From: Candidatus Bathyarchaeia archaeon
GTDB taxonomy: Bacteria > Patescibacteriota > Microgenomatia > PFEM01 > JAFGMK01
Assembly (NCBI GenBank): GCA_035529595.1
Contig: DATKWK010000017.1
Coordinates: 29,384 to 93,383, forward strand
Length of the DNA: 64,000 nucleotides
Direction: 5' to 3'
Shown here: piece after piece, positions 38,089 through 47,156 of the stretch
Layout: each line of letters opens with the position of its first letter
Position numbering within the stretch: the first letter of the stretch is position 1
Position numbers and translations under genes: made by a program
Notes under the pieces: generated by a model
The model's database searches: none
What the model was told of the DNA's origin: nothing
What the model saw: the letters and a program-made list of their open reading frames with translations, nothing else

Positions 38089-38907
38089 ATGAAACTGACT
38101 GTTCAAATTGCACTCATAATCACCATTCTTGGCGGTCTATTTTTAACTAATCCGAAAGGAACAATCGCCGCTTCCTGTACCGCCAAACATTTTTGTTTTG
38201 GATCTTCAGTATTTGGCTACGAATACTGCTGGTGTTCAATTCAAGAGAAATGCGGGGAGGGATATAAAGAAGTAACTGATGAAGACACTTGTAATTGTAC
38301 CTGTAAATCTTTATCAGAACCGGATGAACCGGCTGACTCGGGAACCTGCAAGGTCCAGATGATAGGAGCCTGCGTCGTGATACCCCCGGGCTGTCCAAAG
38401 GGACTAACAGCAGTCTATGACGAAAGCTGTACAACTTGCGATTGCAAAAAACCCTCAGCGGGCAATTGTACCGCGGTAGGTCTTGGTCCCATCTGTTTTG
38501 TTTTAGCTCCACACGGTTGTGCTTATGACCAAGAACCAGTTACCAGCACTAACGGATTAACTTGCGATTGTACCTGTCAACCGGTGAGCGCTGAAGGCGA
38601 TAAAGGCGGTGTTTTCTGCGACGATCGGGGATACTATGTCAATACCGCTTTTGGTTGCCTGCCGACCGATGCTAAAAGATTCGCAAGCTGGATAGTCAGC
38701 CGATTGATGATTATTGGTGGCGGAGTCGCTTTCCTATTAATGCTCTACGGTGCTTTCCAAATCATCACTTCTTCAGGGCATCCTGAAGGTATCCAGGCTG
38801 GAAAAGAACTCTTCACGGCTGCCATTAGTGGTCTTCTGTTGATAATCTTTGCAATTTATATCCTGAGGTTAGTTGGGGTCCAGATTTTGGGTATTCCCGG
38901 ACTGTAA
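38089..38907 (+). CDS. Pilin-like (VirB2/TrbC) protein with Cys-rich N-terminal repeats
   Basis: Signal peptide, three Cys-rich modules, then TAFGCLP and TM-GAFQIITSSGHPE-AGKELFTAAISGL-TM. Confidence 0.78.
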   Translation: MKLTVQIALIITILGGLFLTNPKGTIAASCTAKHFCFGSSVFGYEYCWCSIQEKCGEGYKEVTDEDTCNCTCKSLSEPDEPADSGTCKVQMIGACVVIPPGCPKGLTAVYDESCTTCDCKKPSAGNCTAVGLGPICFVLAPHGCAYDQEPVTSTNGLTCDCTCQPVSAEGDKGGVFCDDRGYYVNTAFGCLPTDAKRFASWIVSRLMIIGGGVAFLLMLYGAFQIITSSGHPEGIQAGKELFTAAISGLLLIIFAIYILRLVGVQILGIPGL

Positions 38908-38908
38908 A

Positions 38909-39211
38909 ATGAAAATCGCCAGTTTGCCTACCTATAATGATATTGACGCAGGAAATTTTAAATTACAAGTAAGTTTGGGAGAACTTATCTCCACCATTAT
39001 TCCCTATACCTACGCTCTGGCTGGCTTAGGACTTTTTTTTTATTTGATTATCGGCGGCTTTAAACTTTTAACCAGTGGCGGTGACCCGAAAAAAGCGGCC
39101 GCCGCCCGACAAATACTAACCAACGCAATTTTCGGTTTCCTGATCGTAATCGCCTCTTATTGGGTCTTTCAAATTGTCGGAGTGATCTTTAAGATTGATG
39201 TCTTCTCCTAA
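38909..39211 (+). CDS. VirB2/TrbC-like pilin
   Basis: TM-GGFKLLTSGGDPKKAAAARQILTNAIFGF-TM. Confidence 0.82.
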   Translation: MKIASLPTYNDIDAGNFKLQVSLGELISTIIPYTYALAGLGLFFYLIIGGFKLLTSGGDPKKAAAARQILTNAIFGFLIVIASYWVFQIVGVIFKIDVFS

Positions 39212-39236
39212 CAAACACTTCAAGTAGCCTAAAAAT

Positions 39237-39986
39237 TTATTTAGTCTGGTAAACGAAAAACTTACCGCCGCCAAATCTTCTCTCGCGCTTTTGATAAGAA
39301 GCAACTGCCTTATCAAACTCAAACTGGCTAAAATCAGGCCAAAGAACCGGTGAGAAATAAAACTCGGCGTAAACGGACTGCCAGGGCAAGAATCCCGACA
39401 GGCGCATCTCACCGCCGGTTCTGATAATTAGATCGGGATCAGGCAAATCGGCCGTATCAAGATAAGAGGAAAAAAATTCTTCCGTGATCTTACTGACAGG
39501 AATCCGATCTTTAACTAATTTCTTGACTGCCCGGAGAATTTCCGGGCGGCCACCGTAATTTAACGCAAAGGTAACCGTAATTTTATCATTCCTGTGAGTC
39601 TCTTTAATTCCATTTAAAAATTTTTTGATAATATCTTTGGGGAACTTTGAAATATCACCCAAAAAATTAAGCCGGATTCCTTTTTGGTGGAGCTTTTTAA
39701 TCTTGCGGGACAGAATCTGGCGGAAGACTTGCATCAAACCTTTAATTTCCGCTTTGTCCCGTTTCCAGTTTTCCGTCGAAAAGGCCCAAAAAGTAATAAA
39801 CCTGACCCCTAACTCAACCGCCCGATCAATGATCGGTTCGATCGCTTCTTCAGCGGCCACCCGGTGGCCGTCAACCGGACCTAGGCCTCTTTTTGCCGCC
39901 CAGCGCCGGTTACCATCCATAATAATGGCGACATGAACAGGTATCTTACCCTGGTTAAGAGAAATATTTTTCATATAGATACGCAT
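39237..39986 (-). CDS. uppS: Undecaprenyl diphosphate synthase (cis-prenyltransferase)
   Basis: HVAIIMDGNRRWA, AFSTENWKR, NYGGR, DLIIRTGGEMRLSGFLPWQ, RRFGG. Confidence 0.96.
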   Translation of the reverse strand: MRIYMKNISLNQGKIPVHVAIIMDGNRRWAAKRGLGPVDGHRVAAEEAIEPIIDRAVELGVRFITFWAFSTENWKRDKAEIKGLMQVFRQILSRKIKKLHQKGIRLNFLGDISKFPKDIIKKFLNGIKETHRNDKITVTFALNYGGRPEILRAVKKLVKDRIPVSKITEEFFSSYLDTADLPDPDLIIRTGGEMRLSGFLPWQSVYAEFYFSPVLWPDFSQFEFDKAVASYQKRERRFGGGKFFVYQTK

Positions 39987-40036
39987 TCACCTTTTAACTA
40001 TTTTACCAATTATTTTCAAAAAGACAAAGTAATTTT

Positions 40037-40828
40037 TCAGTTTATTATTGTTCCTTTTACTTCCTGGCCTAAAATCGCTCTTTTCAAGTTTCCCGGAACT
40101 TTCCCATTAACAATTAATGTTTTAATTCCCGATTTAGCTAATTTTAAAGCTGTCTCAACCTTATGCAGCATTCCACCGGTAACATCAATTCCCGCTGAGG
40201 CGCCAAAACACCGTTTTAGCCGACTAAACTGACCGGGCAGAATGGCAGAAATGGTTTGCCCTTTCCGGTTATATACCCCAGCGGTAATTCCTGCATAAAT
40301 CACCTTTTCCACCTTAAATTTATCTTTTAACCTTGTTGCTAAATGATTAAGAATCGTTTCTGTCGACAAAATACTGCAGCCCATTTCCAGATCCAAACCC
40401 ACGTCCCCATAGACAATCGGTAACATTCCAAAGTCCAATGTTCTTAAAAGTGGGCACAAAAAAGAATCTTCAATTTGTCCATTACTGGCAATCATGAAGC
40501 TTGATGGGCTAAAAGAGATAGCATTCTCGCCTTTTTGTAAGAACGCTCTGACAATAATCCGGTTAAGTCTTGCTGCTGCATCCTGGACTTCGGCAATTCC
40601 CCGAAAACTGCTTTTTCCAATCACGCCTTCGTTGGTTTTAAACTTAAGCGCGGGTACATGCGGAAAAGAACCGCCGCCATGACCGATAATCAGTAATTTT
40701 TTTGACCGTTGTTTAGTCTGACAAATCTCCCCGGCAAGACGTTTGATCACCAAACTCTTTTCGGTAAAAGGCTTACTTTTATCAGTAATCAGGCTGCCAC
40801 CAAGTTTAATCAAAATCAATTTATGCAT
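40037..40828 (-). CDS. ipk: Isopentenyl phosphate kinase
   Basis: IKLGGSLITDK, HGGGSFPH, GDV, DVTGGMLHKV: amino-acid-kinase fold with the IPK His. Confidence 0.88.
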   Translation of the reverse strand: MHKLILIKLGGSLITDKSKPFTEKSLVIKRLAGEICQTKQRSKKLLIIGHGGGSFPHVPALKFKTNEGVIGKSSFRGIAEVQDAAARLNRIIVRAFLQKGENAISFSPSSFMIASNGQIEDSFLCPLLRTLDFGMLPIVYGDVGLDLEMGCSILSTETILNHLATRLKDKFKVEKVIYAGITAGVYNRKGQTISAILPGQFSRLKRCFGASAGIDVTGGMLHKVETALKLAKSGIKTLIVNGKVPGNLKRAILGQEVKGTIIN

Positions 40829-40846
40829 ATCATGACATTATCGAAC

Positions 40847-41857
40847 TCAGAAAATATGATTATGAGCTAATCTCGTTCCCTTGCAAGGTCGATTAATAAT
40901 CGTAAATAATACCTGACTTAACTTTTTCAATCGTCTATTTACTTCCTGGTAATCTTTTTTCTGACAAATTACATGAACATTAGGACCGGCGTCGATCGTA
41001 AAGTAAGCAAATAGTCCTTTTTTGCGCCACTGTCGCAAGACCTGAATAATTTCTATTGTCCCCTGATTCCAGTAAAATATTGGCGGGCGCGAAGTCATGG
41101 CCACTATATGCATCGAAATTGCTTCCTCCTCAATTGCTTCTCCTGATGTCTGAAAATTCTTACTCAAAATTGCCTGTTTTACCCGTTTGATCCGGCTCGG
41201 AAGTTCCTTAAGCCGCGCCCGATAATAAGGACTGATGGCTGCCAATTGGTGGCCGGTGCGGGAAGAAAATTCCTTAATCCCGGTATCAACTACGGCAACG
41301 ATATCGACCAGATCCCACCATTTTTCATCTTTCAACTGGTAGGCATAACAGGTTTCTGAATCCTTCCCTTTCTGCCAATAAGCAAAACCGTCAATAATTG
41401 AACGGCAAGCTGATCCGGAACCGGCCAGACGGGTTAATATCGACAGTTCTTTTTTTGATAAGTTTAAACTCAAGGCAGCAGTTGCCGCCACAGTCAGAGC
41501 CGAGAAAGCCGAACCAGAAGCAGCAATTCCGGCATCGGAAGGAAAGGAATTATGAGAAACAACCTTAACGGGAAAATGGATATTAGCCATTTTTCTTATT
41601 CGGTTAACTTGGGCCAGTACCTTCTCTAAATGGCTACCTTCGGCAGTCTTTTCTTTCTGACCGAAAAACTTAATTTTAACAAGGTCTTTTTCAAAATTAG
41701 GCGAGAATTCAACCGTTGTCGTAGTCAGGCACTTATCCATCGTCATGGAAATACTGTCGTTGTTGGGTAAAACTAAGTCCTTATGCCACCAACCCCAATA
41801 TTTAATAAAGGCGATTGTCGCCGGCGAGATAACTGTCGCTTTGTATTCTTTTCCCAT
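40847..41857 (-). CDS. mvaD: (Di)phosphomevalonate decarboxylase
   Basis: IAFIKYWG, GIAASGSA, GSGSACRS, FTIDAGPNVH. Confidence 0.9.
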   Translation of the reverse strand: MGKEYKATVISPATIAFIKYWGWWHKDLVLPNNDSISMTMDKCLTTTTVEFSPNFEKDLVKIKFFGQKEKTAEGSHLEKVLAQVNRIRKMANIHFPVKVVSHNSFPSDAGIAASGSAFSALTVAATAALSLNLSKKELSILTRLAGSGSACRSIIDGFAYWQKGKDSETCYAYQLKDEKWWDLVDIVAVVDTGIKEFSSRTGHQLAAISPYYRARLKELPSRIKRVKQAILSKNFQTSGEAIEEEAISMHIVAMTSRPPIFYWNQGTIEIIQVLRQWRKKGLFAYFTIDAGPNVHVICQKKDYQEVNRRLKKLSQVLFTIINRPCKGTRLAHNHIF

Positions 41858-41875
41858 TTAACTTCAAATTAAGTT

Positions 41876-42574
41876 TTAATCCATAGCAACCCAATTCCAA
41901 GAACGAACCTTTCCTAAAAACTCCAAATCTTCCGGCCGTCCAACTTCCTCAGCCGCTGCACACATACCTTCAATTTGATGCAGAATACAAATCGCGGCCG
42001 ATTTTCCGACTAACCTGACACTACTTACTAGGCTGTCAGGATTCGCTTCTTCCCTGCCATTACGACCAGATGGATAGAGAACCGTTATCTCAACCAAACC
42101 CAGTTCATTGGCCCGGCTATCAACAATCGTCTGGTAGACGGCATAAAGCTCGAAGGCATACCGAAGCGGAGTTACTACTCTGCCTCTGGGAATAAACGGC
42201 CGCGATACTGGCACTTTCCGTCCGTTTCCCTCTTTTACTTCATCAAGAAGAAGACGGGGTAATATCCCATTCGGGCTTGATTCCAGACATCCCTGAACCT
42301 GATCACTGCCTCCTGTGATAGACAGATAATCCGAATAACCGAGAGCATGCGCCACTACTTCCCACTCTGGCGTAACTTCGAATTCCAGATCCACAGCCCT
42401 AACTGCCTCTTCGCAAGCTTCCAGTAACCCTGGCGGTGCTGTGACCGGATTCGGCTTAATAGGACGAATCCGCGATCCCGTCTGGTACCTCAGTCGCATA
42501 TCGCCATTCTCTTGATACACCACTGTCATAATCGCTGCCGCAAGGCCAGGTGGCATCGTCATGGCTTCCTTCAT
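41876..42574 (-). CDS. Hypothetical protein (ORFan-like)
   Basis: 232-aa ORF co-oriented inside the operon; no recognisable motif. Confidence 0.6.
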   Translation of the reverse strand: MKEAMTMPPGLAAAIMTVVYQENGDMRLRYQTGSRIRPIKPNPVTAPPGLLEACEEAVRAVDLEFEVTPEWEVVAHALGYSDYLSITGGSDQVQGCLESSPNGILPRLLLDEVKEGNGRKVPVSRPFIPRGRVVTPLRYAFELYAVYQTIVDSRANELGLVEITVLYPSGRNGREEANPDSLVSSVRLVGKSAAICILHQIEGMCAAAEEVGRPEDLEFLGKVRSWNWVAMD

Positions 42575-42582
42575 TATTTAAA

Positions 42583-42966
42583 TTACCCCTTAGGGAATTT
42601 ATTAACCCGTCTTAAATACTTGATTACCCAATAAAAGTAATAAATAGTTAAAACGAATAACAAAAAACCAGAAAGCAAAAATAACCTTATACCCAAAGTA
42701 GAAGCCAGCCCCATCGGCCGGACTAAAAGCCAAATTATAAGACTGAAACTGAGAAGCAAAAACCAAAGGTTAAAAGGTAATCCGAAAACTAAAAAAGCTT
42801 GGGAAAGATCTTTTCTGGAAAGAATCTTGGCAGTCGTTATTTCCGGATGAATTATCATTCCTAAAATGTTTTTCAAAAAAAAATAGGCTTCTTTAAAGCC
42901 CACTAATAAGACCAACTCTTTTAAGAAAGAAATCTCTTTTTTAACCTCCCCGGTCGATATTGACAT
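42583..42966 (-). CDS. Small membrane protein (possible anti-sigma)
   Basis: Two C-terminal TM helices; overlaps the ECF sigma stop. Confidence 0.65.
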   Translation of the reverse strand: MSISTGEVKKEISFLKELVLLVGFKEAYFFLKNILGMIIHPEITTAKILSRKDLSQAFLVFGLPFNLWFLLLSFSLIIWLLVRPMGLASTLGIRLFLLSGFLLFVLTIYYFYWVIKYLRRVNKFPKG

Positions 42967-43522
42967 AGATACGAGCGAAGGCTTTCCTCGCCCGGGTCAA
43001 CCTTGATTCGATCGCTTTTTCCGTTTCTCCGAACTTTTGGGCAATTTCCCGAACAGAAAACCCCTGCATATACTTTAGTCGCAATATACGAGCATATCCT
43101 TCGGCCAAAAGCCGTAAAACTTTTAATACCTTTCTCTTTAATTCTTTCTCTTCCAGGTCTGCCTCCGGACCCAGAGCTTTACTGACAAAGATTTCCAAAG
43201 AAGGGAAAAGAGAAAAAACGACCGTCTTAATTTTCTTCTTCCGGTAAAAATCGGCGATCTCATGTTTGGCAATACCGCAAATCCACGTCAGCCAGGAAGA
43301 TCTACCGGAATAAAAAGGCAAGGCTTCAAAAGCAGAAATAAAGGTTTCCTGCAGAATCTCCTCAGCATCCTCCAAACTCTGAACCCGCGATAAAATATAG
43401 TTTAATATCCGCTTGTGATAACGACGATAAATCAATCCCTGTGCTTTCTTATTACCCCGAATTGCTTTTTCGATCATCCTCGACCGAATATTTAATATCT
43501 GAAACTTGAAGCTTTGACTCAT
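42941..43522 (-). CDS. ECF-type sigma factor
   Basis: DAEEILQETF, TWICGIAKH (region 2); GFSVREIA..AIESRLTRARK (region 4). Confidence 0.92.
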   Translation of the reverse strand: MSQSFKFQILNIRSRMIEKAIRGNKKAQGLIYRRYHKRILNYILSRVQSLEDAEEILQETFISAFEALPFYSGRSSWLTWICGIAKHEIADFYRKKKIKTVVFSLFPSLEIFVSKALGPEADLEEKELKRKVLKVLRLLAEGYARILRLKYMQGFSVREIAQKFGETEKAIESRLTRARKAFARIYVNIDRGG

Positions 43523-44583
43523 TTCTCCCTGTTAATCATATAATCCGCAAGGCTCGAATAAATTTCACTCAAATTTGAATCAGAAGTTAATTCCGGAATT
43601 GCTCTTTTACCTTTAATAACTAAATCGCAGGCCAACTTTTGACAATAATCAACCGCTCCTGAATTTCTAATAATTATTCTCACTTTTTCAATTCCTTCTT
43701 CAGTCAAATTTTTGTCTCCTAAAGCTTTTTCAAGTATCTTTTTTTCATTTCCGTTTAATACTTCCAGAGCTTTGGCAACAATCAATGTTTTTTTACCTTC
43801 CCGCAGATCCGAACTAGCTGACTTGCCGGTTATTTTTTCGTCACCAAAAAGCCCAAGAAAATCATCTCTTAATTGAAAGGCAATACCAACCGGAAAACCA
43901 TATTTTTCAGCTGCTTTAATTTTTTCTTGGCTGGCGCTTGCTAAACTAATTCCAACTACAAGAGGCATAATCAAAGTATAATAAGCAGTTTTTAATTTCC
44001 GGATCTTAATTACTTCATTCCAAGCAAAACCAGGAACTAAATCATAGGTAATATCTAAAAATTCACCGAAACCTGTTTTAATCAAGTGATCCGATAAAAG
44101 AGAGATCGCTGTCATTTTGCGCTTGGCCGGAAAATCCGATTCGGAAATTAATCGGTGGCCTAGCCAACAACCAATATCACCCAATACAAAAGCCATTCCA
44201 CCTGACCACCTCTTCGGATCGCTTTTCTTAAAGCGTTCCCGATGGATCTGCTCGTACTGTTTATGAACTGTTGGCCTGCCATAACGCATCAAGTCGTTAT
44301 CAATCCAATCATCATGAATTAACAAAAAAGAGTGTATTATTTGCACGGCAACCGAAGGAGCAATAATCGCTGATCGATTTTTTCCACCGGCTGATTTGTA
44401 TCCGAGACAAACCAGAGCACCCCGAAGCATTTTTCCGCCTTTAGCAAATTTTTCATAAATTCCGACTGCCTCCGCACAAAGAGGTGACACTTTAGCGGCT
44501 TTTCTTTTTTCCTGCTGGAAAAATTTGTCCAAAAAGACGTCCGCTGCTTGCCGGTAACGAGCCAGGTAAGTTTTAATATCCAC
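43519..44583 (-). CDS. Trans-polyprenyl diphosphate synthase (GGPPS-like)
   Basis: GGKMLR, IHDDWIDND..R.G, KTAYYT, FQLRDD, DLREGKKT. Confidence 0.93.
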   Translation of the reverse strand: MDIKTYLARYRQAADVFLDKFFQQEKRKAAKVSPLCAEAVGIYEKFAKGGKMLRGALVCLGYKSAGGKNRSAIIAPSVAVQIIHSFLLIHDDWIDNDLMRYGRPTVHKQYEQIHRERFKKSDPKRWSGGMAFVLGDIGCWLGHRLISESDFPAKRKMTAISLLSDHLIKTGFGEFLDITYDLVPGFAWNEVIKIRKLKTAYYTLIMPLVVGISLASASQEKIKAAEKYGFPVGIAFQLRDDFLGLFGDEKITGKSASSDLREGKKTLIVAKALEVLNGNEKKILEKALGDKNLTEEGIEKVRIIIRNSGAVDYCQKLACDLVIKGKRAIPELTSDSNLSEIYSSLADYMINREK

Positions 44584-44690
44584 GGTCTCTTAGTATAACG
44601 AAATGCCGGCTGAGTTGCAAAAACATCCCGGCATTTGCTATCATGAGATTGGTCAATCGTTTTCATAAATGTAATTGATAACTAAGAGAA

Positions 44691-45002
44691 ATGACAAATA
44701 TTGCCTTTGCTTTCGATATCGGAACCGCCTTCAACGCCCCGTTTAATTCAGTGGGCGAATTAATCTCGATCCTTTTACCGAATATTTATATTCTCGCCGG
44801 CGTCCTGCTTTTATTCCTCTTGATCGGGGGCGGATTTGGGGTTATATTGAGTGCAGGCAAAGGAGCCAAAGAAGGGGTTGGTCAAGGAAGCAAGGCGATT
44901 ACGACGGCCATAATCGGTTTCTTAATCATAATCGGCTCTTACTGGATTATCCAAATTATCAGCGTCGTAACCGGTCTGAATATCCTTGATCCCGGTCTAT
45001 AA
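44691..45002 (+). CDS. VirB2/TrbC-like pilin
   Basis: TM-GG..ILSAG-..-KAITTAIIGF-TM. Confidence 0.8.
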   Translation: MTNIAFAFDIGTAFNAPFNSVGELISILLPNIYILAGVLLLFLLIGGGFGVILSAGKGAKEGVGQGSKAITTAIIGFLIIIGSYWIIQIISVVTGLNILDPGL

Positions 45003-45015
45003 AGCTTATAAAAAA

Positions 45016-45378
45016 ATGGTCAAACACCTGTTAGCCAACGACTCAATCGGCACCGTCACTAATCCTTGGGAAACCCTAAACCCGGCATATACTGGCACCA
45101 GCGGCGAAGGATTGGTCACCTTATTAAACAACATCCTGAAATTAGCTGTTGTTGTCGCCGGCATCTTTTCATTCATTAATCTGATCGTCGCCGGCTACGG
45201 TTTTATGTCGGCCGCCGGTAACCCGGAAAAAATTACTGAAGCCTGGAGCAGAATTTGGCAATCACTGGTTGGTTTACTGATTGTCGCCAGTTCGTTTGTC
45301 CTGGCCGCCCTTTTTGGCTATCTGGTCTTTGGCGATCCGACAGCGATTATTTCACCTAAAATTTACGGACCGTCCTAA
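45016..45378 (+). CDS. VirB2/TrbC-like pilin
   Basis: AGYGFMSAAGNPEKITEAWSRIWQSLVGL. Confidence 0.82.
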   Translation: MVKHLLANDSIGTVTNPWETLNPAYTGTSGEGLVTLLNNILKLAVVVAGIFSFINLIVAGYGFMSAAGNPEKITEAWSRIWQSLVGLLIVASSFVLAALFGYLVFGDPTAIISPKIYGPS

Positions 45379-45379
45379 A

Positions 45380-45745
45380 ATGAACCAAAAATTACTGGCT
45401 ACTTCATTGGGCAGTTTTCAAGGCTTCGGTAAAATCGGTACCGATTTTCTGGCTGACCCGGTTGCTTCTTTAGAGAAAATAATCTCTTTAGTAATCGGTA
45501 TAATGACTATCGGAGCCGGTATCTATTTCATATTTCTGTTAATTATCGCCGCTTACGGATGGATGAGCGCCGGCGGCGATAAACAAAAAATGCAAAAAGC
45601 CCAGGACAGCTTTACTCAGGCTATCATTGGCTTAGTAGTGGTTGTTGCCGCTTATGCTATCGCCTCGGTTGTCGGTTTCATGCTGGGCGTTAACATCTTA
45701 AATCCGTCAGAACTGTTAGGAAATATATGGTCAACCTCAACTTAG
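45380..45745 (+). CDS. VirB2/TrbC-like pilin
   Basis: AAYGWMSAGGDKQKMQKAQDSFTQAIIGL. Confidence 0.82.
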   Translation: MNQKLLATSLGSFQGFGKIGTDFLADPVASLEKIISLVIGIMTIGAGIYFIFLLIIAAYGWMSAGGDKQKMQKAQDSFTQAIIGLVVVVAAYAIASVVGFMLGVNILNPSELLGNIWSTST

Positions 45746-46098
45746 AAAAAATGTTCAAGCCGGCTTACGCGCAAATTACCAACCCGGCTATCGGTGAGGC
45801 CGGAAGCGGTGAAGGAGCTCAGATTTTAAGCCGCCTTATCTCAATAATTCTGAGTGCTCTGCTAATTATGGGTGTAATCTTCTTTATGACCAATTTCATC
45901 CTTGGGGCATACCGGTGGATAAGCGGAGGCCATGACAAAAGCTATATCCAGGAAGCAAGAGACAGGGTTTCCCATGCGATTATCGGCCTGGTGATCCTTT
46001 TCTCCGTTTTTGCTATAATCAGATTGATCGGGGATATCTTTGGTCTTAATTTGATGAAACTTTCAATTCCGACAATTTCTGATGTAGGAGGAATTTGA
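45727..46098 (+). CDS. VirB2/TrbC-like pilin
   Basis: GAYRWISGGHDKSYIQEARDRVSHAIIGL. Confidence 0.82.
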   Translation: MVNLNLEKMFKPAYAQITNPAIGEAGSGEGAQILSRLISIILSALLIMGVIFFMTNFILGAYRWISGGHDKSYIQEARDRVSHAIIGLVILFSVFAIIRLIGDIFGLNLMKLSIPTISDVGGI

Positions 46099-46175
46099 AA
46101 TTACCGGTTAGAAGTTATTAAACTATTCCTTAGAACTATATCCTTAATAAGGAAATACTGAAAGGGGGTGAGAAG

Positions 46176-46598
46176 ATGAAAAAAATAGTCAAAACTACAG
46201 TCGCCTTAGGTTTAAGCGTTTTGCCTTTGATAACCTCAGTATCTATGGCTATGGCACAAGACCCTCTTACAGGACCGTTTAATCTTGCCCCTGGTGAAGG
46301 ATGGGAAAATCTATCCAAAATCAGTGTTGCCAGCATGGTAAAAGGACTGCTTTCTTTAGCGATGGTCCTGGCAGCCCTTGTCGCTTTTGGTTTCTTGCTC
46401 TATGGAGGTATTCTTTGGATTACTTCAGGCGGAGACAAAAGCAAGACGGAAACTGCCCGCAATACAATCACCGCTGCCTTAGTCGGATTGGTAATCGTAT
46501 TCGGCAGCTTTGCAATCATCCAATTAGTCCAGATAGCCTTTGGGGTCAGCATTCTTAAGCTTAATTTCGAATCGTTTAAGTTCTATTCAGGTAGTTAA
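46176..46598 (+). CDS. VirB2/TrbC-like pilin, probable major subunit
   Basis: Strong RBS AAGGGGGTGA, signal peptide ending AMA, GGILWITSGGDKSKTETARNTITAALVGL, followed by a strong hairpin. Confidence 0.85.
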   Translation: MKKIVKTTVALGLSVLPLITSVSMAMAQDPLTGPFNLAPGEGWENLSKISVASMVKGLLSLAMVLAALVAFGFLLYGGILWITSGGDKSKTETARNTITAALVGLVIVFGSFAIIQLVQIAFGVSILKLNFESFKFYSGS

Positions 46599-46648
46599 CG
46601 TGGAAATATTCAAGTTCCAGACAGCTAAAGCATGGGTACCAAAGCCAC

Positions 46649-46693
46649 AAAGCTACCTTTCATCTCGCAATTAAGAGATGAAGGGTGGCTTTT
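46649..46693 (+). terminator. 18-bp hairpin terminator/stabiliser after the probable major pilin
   Basis: AAAGCTACCTTTCATCTC-gcaattaa-GAGATGAAGGGTGGCTTT with two G-U pairs. Confidence 0.75.
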
Positions 46694-46725
46694 GGCCATA
46701 GGGAATTAATAAATAGTCTAGAAAA

Positions 46726-47109
46726 ATGAAACAATACAAAGGACTGATTCTAAAACTAATTGTGACTGGTTGGTGTTTGCTGACTTTCTTCCCTTTTTCT
46801 GCAGCTTTAGCTCAGGATTGGTCGACTCCGCCTGACCAGCCGGCAGATTTGAAGGATATTGAGGTCGTCTTTGCCAGAATTATCGGGGTTGCCATTCCTT
46901 TAGCCGGATTCGCCGGCCTGATTATGTTGATTATCGGCGGCTTCCAATATCTTACCGCCGGCGAAGACCCAAAGGCAGTCGAACAAGCATCCAAGTCCCT
47001 TACTTCGGTCTTTACCGGGTTAGTGCTCTTAATCAGCGCCTGGATAATTCTTAAAGCAATCCAAACAATTACCGGGATAAATGTAACCATTTTTAAGATT
47101 TCGCCCTAG
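46726..47109 (+). CDS. VirB2/TrbC-like pilin
   Basis: Signal peptide ending ALA; GGFQYLTAGEDPKAVEQASKSLT. Confidence 0.85.
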   Translation: MKQYKGLILKLIVTGWCLLTFFPFSAALAQDWSTPPDQPADLKDIEVVFARIIGVAIPLAGFAGLIMLIIGGFQYLTAGEDPKAVEQASKSLTSVFTGLVLLISAWIILKAIQTITGINVTIFKISP

Positions 47110-47156
47110 CTTAGATCATGTTGAAATAAAACGTCCTATAAGGTAAAATAACGTAT

